The notes below the pieces were generated by a model. That model was not told the DNA's origin, searched no databases, and saw nothing but the letters and a program-made list of their open reading frames with translations. A program made the translations under genes and the position numbers. A DNA stretch of 64,000 bases. Source: Trichinella spiralis. Its lineage: Eukaryota. Shown one piece after another: positions 56,642-64,000 of this stretch. The stretch lies in contig NW_003526943.1 in NCBI RefSeq assembly GCF_000181795.1, positions 11,212,007-11,276,006 of the forward strand, read 5' to 3'. Each line of letters begins with the position of its first letter. Within the stretch, counting starts at the first letter, position 1.

Positions 56642-58081
56642 CAGGAATGAAACACACAGCAGACAATAACGACAGAAGAAACAAGACAAATAAAATAGCA
56701 ATACTATACAAGATTTGCAAGTTATATAAAATACTGTAGAAAAGTACAGTAAACAATATTATTGCGGGAAATGTTTTTAATTTTATATTTCTGAAAATTT
56801 CATTAAAAACATATTTATCAATAAAGTATATTATTTAATTTGAGTTATCTTGGTTATATTAGCAGTTTAAGAATTTTATAAAACATTTGCATAACAATTT
56901 TGATAATATATTTCTAGAAATTATAAATACTGAGATTATTATTATTTTTAATATTTTTAGATTGTGTAAATTATAATGTATATTAAATTCTTTTTCATTT
57001 GAATATTTTATCTTGAAAATTAACCATTTCTTACTGTAATTTATTCGAAAAATTTGAATATGTACTGTAGTAGTTGTCTTTTGAGACTGTTAAATGCAGT
57101 TTTGATTGCAGCCGGTATAGCAGAAATTTATTTGAATTTTTGGCACCTTCATCTCTTTGCTCTGTTTGAGACTAGGTTAGATTGTTTATTTCTTTTAGTT
57201 TTGAAATTGAAATTTTGAATTTCAAACGATGTTGTTTCTTAGTTTGAATTTGAATCCGTTTCAGCGCTGAGGTTTGTTTTCGCGCGTTAAACGCAAAGTT
57301 TTCAATGTTTATTGAAGATTAGTGTTTTTTCAGTTTAATATGCATGGCTTGAAGTTGTATTCTGACATTTTGCATTGTATCTCACTGCAATATTTTAATT
57401 TTTTTTTGATTTATCACGGTGGTGCTCATTTTTATTTCAAATATATTGCTTCAGTTGATTGATGAAAAGCAGTAGAAATGCAAAAATTAATTGTCTGTAT
57501 AATTTTTAATAATTGTATGATTAAAAAACAATTAATTTTTGATTGTGATATTGTTTTCTTAAAATACAATTGAAATGCATTATTTGAAATATTTATATAT
57601 TTTAAATATTTTTATGATTATAGGATATAATTTGAAAATGAAATTTGCAGAAATGCAAGACAAAAATTCTTTTTTTACTTTTACCAAGGTTATATTTCAA
57701 AACGTAGTGTTTGCGTTGTAACTAATTGTGCACACGATTGTTCAATATCATTTGTATAGCTGTTGTTTGTAGAACACTTTAGTTGTGTTTTATTTTTACA
57801 GTTATTGTTTTGTCTAGAGTTGTGTATTGCATGTCGTATGTTTTATTTCTAGCAGAACTTAAACGGCAGACTTACCCCTAATTCTGTCGCTAATCATACC
57901 GATTGTTTATAAATGCGCATTGTGTATATATATAAGAGGAATGTGTAAACCGTGAATTTCGAAAGAACTGTCAGAAAAGAGTTGTTTTTCGATGCTATTC
58001 GAAACTAGTTTTTATCGTCTCTTCGAATGGTATCATAACATATCGTATTATTTATTGTAAAATTTATAGATTCGTGGAAAT

Positions 58082-61000
58082 ATGGCTGAAATTTCTTCAG
58101 ATTCTGACGAAATCTCTGAAGAATATTTGTACAGCACCCCACTGACAGGTTCTCGATCTAGACGTATAGAAAATCTTGAACTCAGTGCTATTCCATCTTT
58201 TCGATCTGTTTTGTTTGATCAAATAGTATCAGATAATGATAGCGGTCAATTGGGAGATCTGGAAGCTGCTAGTTCAGGAAATACTGAAACAATTTCTGAT
58301 GGGAAACAGCGAAATGCGGTGACCAAATGCAGTGATGTCTGTAGTCCAGAGAAGGTAAAAGACATTGTCGGTTCTACAGTCATTATGGAAAGTATAGATG
58401 AAAGCAAATCTGCGAACGGTGTCTCTTTCAGCAATGAGGTGAATATTGCATTTTATTTTTCTTTAAAATTATCATCCAGAGCTAGTGGAAATTTTGAACT
58501 TTAAACCATTCGTCTACTAGAAATACAAAAGCTATTTCCCTGGTGTAAGTGGAAAAGCTGATGATCGAAGTCGAAGTGAGATTTTCATGACTACGAAGAA
58601 GATATTGCCAGCGCATCCCGACCGGAAAGAATTTTCTGGAGTCGTAATTTTGAGTTCAGAAGATGAGAAGGAGAATGGTTCTTCATCGCCCGAGGAAAAA
58701 GATATTTTTCGAGATCAGCTTCAATATTCCCAACACCGAGAAATTGTTTCGAGTGCATCTTCTAGTTCTGACGAAGAATCCTCTTTTGTTATTTTCAAAG
58801 AGCGCAAAAATATGCTGAATTTCAGTGATACTGATTCTGAAAATGAATGTGAACAAACTGACAAAGATCATGAAAAAAAACAAGAACAAGTTGATATAGC
58901 TTCATCGCATTCAAATGATTCAGAAAAAAGTGTTGATAAATCTTCATCAACAGGTGAATTGTGTGTTAATTTGAAAGCAAAAAGCTAATAATTTCAAATA
59001 TCATAATGATAATTTAGATTCTTCACACAGTCAGAGTGGAGGCGTTCGTAAAATAGCGGACTTGGAGAAGCAGCAGAATGATGCGTTGAGGATGTTGCAT
59101 GCATTGCAGGTTTTTGGTTTTTTTATTCTCTCTTTTAAATAAAAGTTATATCGTCATTTTTATCGCTGTTTGCATTTCAGATGAGTTTGAAAGTTCGAAA
59201 CAGTTTGCCTGATAAAGGTGCACGGATAATTACAACAATGTTATCAACGCAGAAGCAAATCGATGAATTACGTAAGACATTTTCAATACGATAATAAATA
59301 TAAAACTTATTGTTATGTATAGAATAATGATCATATTTATGAACAACTGATTGTGAAGCAATAAACAATAATTTGAATGTTTTAGAAAAGCAAATTGCTT
59401 CATTAAAAGCAAATGAAGTGGAAGTCGAAAAAGAGCTAAAGCGATCTGCAGAACAGGAAGGTCAAGATTTTAATAATGAAATTGAGAGAATTACAAGAAA
59501 CCTTGTTGGAAGAATTGAAAAAAATCGACTGGTGGAAGTTCGTCAGCTGACATATAATGTTATTTTCAATTTGCACGAGTAATATATTTTTTAAAGCGGT
59601 TTATCAGCAGTGTTCGTATAATTCTGTGTTAATGTAAATTTGAACAGGGCATGGAAGACTTGTCCTAAAGAAACCGAAGAAACAGCCGACCCGAACGGTC
59701 TTCGTGTAGCATTGATGCCACATCAACGTCAAGCGCTCACTTGGTTCTTGTGGAGAGAGAAACAAAATCCAAAAGGTGGAATTTTAGGTATGTTTTATTT
59801 GTAAAACAGTTTGCGGTAACAATTTAAATATATTATAATTTAAAAAAAATAATTTATTTCAGCCGATGACATGGGACTTGGTAAAACATTATCAATGATA
59901 AGTCTCGTGATGTACAAGAAATTCAACAGAGACACGAGAGAATTCACCAAGGGTCACATGAACGATCTTTGTGGTATGTAAATTTAAAACAACGATTTCT
60001 TTTTAAAATTAAAATAATTTCAGAAGCAGAAAACTTGATTCCATCCAAAACTACTCTTGTCGTATGCACGAATTCTTTGGTATCACAGTGGAATGGAGAA
60101 ATCAACAGTCGTGTCAATTCCGGCTTACTTCGTGTTAAAATTTTTCACGGAGCCAACCGAGAAAGAGTAGCCGCAAAGTGAGTTGTTCCATTTCATATTT
60201 ACAGAGCGGTTTTCAATTAATTGAAATTTAATTTTCAACTGCATATTAATGATGATTTTGTTTGCTTAATTTTCATATTTATGTATTTGTAGAAATTTCT
60301 ATAGAATGTTATGTGAATAAAAGGAATATTTTATTGTTTTATTTATAATTTTAACATGATAAATGTAGCTTTGCAGCAGTGTAATGAATTTTATTTAAAA
60401 AAAATGAGAATAAACTTGAAATATTTTTATTGTTTTTTCAATTTTATTCTTTTTTTTAGTCTCGCAAGATATGATATCGTCATTACTACTTACGGCACAA
60501 TATCGAGTGAACTGGGAAAGGATGTATGTCAATTATGAATAATTTTGAACCATTTTGTTGTTTTCAATAATTATATTTGAAATAATAATTTAGAAAGAGT
60601 CGAGTAGAGTATCTGTGCTTGGTCAGATTGCTTGGGAGCGCATAATTCTTGACGAAGGGCACACTATCAAAAATCACAGTACACAAGCAGCGATCGGATG
60701 TTGCAAGCTGAACAGTATTTATCGTTGGGTGTTGACTGGAACTCCAATACAGAATCAGTTGAAAGATTTGTACTCGTTGATAAAGTAATGAAAAAAAATT
60801 ATTTTATATTATTTATGAATTATAATCTTTGAATAAAAATATTTCAGATTTCTTCGTTGTGAACCTTTCGACGATCTGCGAGTTTGGAAAACCTGGATGG
60901 ATGCGAAATCAGGTAACATTTTGATGATTATTATTAGTTTTCACTTATTGATCTGTGTTTTAATGTGGCATTTAATAGTTTTAGTTAAGAGAGTTTTAAT

Positions 61001-63442
61001 TTTTATTTTGTAAAATTTTATTTTTTTGTTCGTAATAATGATGATGATGGTTCTATTGTACATCAGTGAGATTGAAATTTTTTCACTCTGCAATGTGCAA
61101 CAACAATGCAGACCATGATAGTCCATTTTGAAAAGATGAAAAATTTGAGCATAAGTTGAATTTGGAGATTTTTATTTAAATGAAGCAATCATGGTTATCA
61201 GTTGTTAATATTACTAATGTCGTTGATTATTATTAGAATCTTCGAAGAAGCGGATGAATTCTCTGATTAAAAGTATGCTTTTACGCAGAACAAAGGAACA
61301 AAAATGTTCTGTCACCGGTTCGGCAATAGTAATAATTTTTTAAATTTTTTAATTAAAAAGCAATTTTTTTCTTGTTTTGTTTTCAAGGTAAGCCTTCCAC
61401 CAAAAACGGTTTCGGTTGTGCGATTGAAGTTGTCAAAACAAGAGGAGACTACTTATATGAAAATGTTCACTGCTACAAGGTGAGGAAAAATTCATCATAT
61501 GCATTATGATAATAATATTTTTTACATTGGTCCATGTGAAGACGATACGTGGAAGAATTTTTAAAATATGAAGAGCAAAAGCATAAATTTGTATATCCTG
61601 CGCACAATTCCAACAAGGCCACTGGTGCTGTTGAAGGATATCGTAATCCGTTTTCAGGCAAGATTATTATTATTATTGTTGTTTGTTTGTTTTTTGCATT
61701 GAACATCAAATATATTTTTATATTAGATGCAAAAATGAAAGTTTCTGGAGAAAAGCAACGAATGCAAATTATTGTAATGTTGTTGCGCCTCCGTCAAGCA
61801 TGTTGTCATTTTGCTTTGACAAAAGAGGTTATTATTATTATTATTATTATTTCATTTCTTTTTCAATAAAAGTAAAAAGAAGAAAAATTAATATTTCTAC
61901 AGGCTGTTGACATTGATGCTTTGTGCATGGATCGAGAAGAGCATGATTTGTCAGAACGATTGCAAGAAATGTCTCTGGTTGATGAATTTCCCGATGTCAG
62001 TGATATCATCGGTGAGCAAAATACAGAAAAAACTGGTGTTCGGGAACTTTTTGAAAATTCCTTCGTAAGCACCAAAGTGAGTTGGTCATTTTCTTATTCT
62101 ATATCTTTACAAATGAATAATCATTTTTTAATATTAATAAATTATTTAAACTAGAAAAAAAATTTAAACTGAACTTTTCATATGGTAACTTTTTAGTAGA
62201 AAAATAAATTTCTTTTTGGTAATGATTGTTGTATTACAATTTATTATCAGTTATAAAAACGATTATGCTTGTTAATTTCGCTTTAATTTAATTGATCGTC
62301 GTTTTGCATGTTGAGTAAGATGTTTTGACGCATTTTTGATTGACAATTTTATTTTCAGGTGAAATTTGTCATGGAGAAAATTGAATTTCTTCGAAAATCA
62401 ACCACAACTCCTCGAAACAAATTGTCAGTTGATCGTTGACATTTGAACATGTATTTATTATATTTTTTGTATGTTGTATTTTGTTTTTAGCGTGATTGTC
62501 AGTCAGTGGGTAAAGCTGTTGGATATTCTAAGTGTTCATTTGAAGAAGAGAGGTATCAGTTTTACTTGCATATGCGGAGGTTTGAAAAATGAAGAACGTG
62601 GTGAACGGATGGCGAAATTTAACAGAATTGATTCGGATCCAGAGGTGATAACAACTATTTTGCACTGGTGTCGGTTGCCGGTTTTGGAAATTTTAAGCTG
62701 CCCTTTAATTTTCAGGTGATGTTATTGTCGTTAACGGCCGGTGGAGTTGGCTTGAATTTAACAGGCGGCAATCATCTTTTTTTGATGGATTTACATTGGT
62801 GAGTTTGTATTATATTAAACGTTCTAAAAAGGCGATATCGTTCGTTTTCTTTTCTGTAAATCAGGAATCCTGCTCAAGAGCTGCAAGCTTCAGACAGAAT
62901 CAATCGTATTGGTCAAACGCGAGATGTTGTCATTTATAAGTTAGTTAACCGTGAAAATTTACTCTTCTTCATATTTTACCGTGTTCTTTTTCTTGTGTTT
63001 CCAGAACCGTTTGCTCTGGGACAATAGAAGAAAAAGTTCTGAAATTGCAAGAAGAAAAACTGGCATTGGCGGAAAGTGTACTTTCGGGGTAATTAAAATC
63101 ATTGTAGATTTAGCAAGAGCTAATCTGTTATTTATTTTAAATATTTCTTAAATTGTATACGATTTATATATATGTATATATATATATACGGTGTAGAAGA
63201 TGTGCATTGAATTGCACTTTTAGTGTTTACTCGAAGAGAATAGTTTTCATATTGGGTTATAATATAATTATAATAATAATTTGATTGATTGTTTGTTTTT
63301 GTATTTGAATTGTAGAGTAGCACGTCAAGATCCACGATTGTTGTCACTGAACGATTGGAAATTTTTGTTCAATTTGGAAAATTCAGAACATCCAGCAGTG
63401 AAGCCCGTCATGCAGAAGGGTTTTTTGAAACGAAAAAAATAA
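58082..63442 (+). CDS. TTF2: SNF2-family ATPase, transcription termination factor 2 / lodestar-like; about 19 exons
   Basis: Acidic low-complexity N-terminus, then [123 protein letters not shown] and a C-terminal [10 protein letters not shown]. Confidence 0.9.
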
Positions 63443-64000
63443 TTCAGTCTCAGAACGATTGACACGCATAATGCGGATGTTGAAGTATTTTTTTTGTTGT
63501 TTTTATTTTTTTTAAATTTTTAAATTTTTTATATTTTGTTTGAAATTATTTACAATTTTGTGGAAAAGGGGGTGTGTTGAATTAAAAGTTATGTCGAACA
63601 ATTTCGACCGTCTTCTATCTTGTGAATCCATGAAAATGAAAATATTTTACTTCCACCAGATTGTTACTTTGTGCTGTTATTTGAGCAAAAAATGTTTATT
63701 TACTATTTTATTAATTGATTTGTGCATTATAATTGATGCCTCGTGGGCAGGCAGTATTTGCCTTACGTCATTCAACAATCCTGAATCGCACATTGCACTG
63801 CACACTATTTACCGTTTTTGTTGTTGTTTTTCATGGTTTTTTGTTTTTTCATCAGACTAGCAGAAAATAATTTCTCACGAATGCTAGTTGAAATAGCAAA
63901 ATGTAATGACAGTGTTTTTAAAAAATTATTTTTTTAATATTTTTTTTGCTATTCTGCTGTAGTAGTTGTTGGAATGCCAACTGCAGCACACTTTTGTAAC

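Noticed and set aside
63540..63860. 106-aa hydrophobic ORF after TTF2
   Set aside because: TTG start, T-rich 3' flank composition and no motifs.

Overview
AT-rich, gene-dense eukaryotic DNA with many short (about 50-70 nt) spliceosomal introns and TTTCAG/TTTTAG acceptors. A nematode, possibly Trichinella-like, is my inference, not something the sequence proves. I reconstructed the spliced gene models by hand. In order: RCC1(+), ACBP(+), a gustatory-receptor-like 7TM gene(-), a Tigger/pogo remnant, HPD(+), a giant class C GPCR(+) with an intronic tRNA-Met, INPP5K/SKIP(-), methylmalonyl-CoA mutase(+), a hAT MITE, intronless SETD3-like(+), short NELL-like(-), SCUBE-like(-), DENND1(+), MRPS7(-), NDUFV3-like(+), EIF1AD(-) and TTF2/lodestar(+). 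The most striking feature is at 13025-25201. There, 18 exons splice in frame into one protein of about 2,900 aa: a signal peptide, FIVE tandem Venus-flytrap domains, no nine-cysteine domain and a divergent class C 7TM. Other oddities are six GC-AG introns, an MRPS7 intron with no AG acceptor, a SCUBE with an extra N-terminal domain of about 210 aa, and a perfect 42-bp palindrome.
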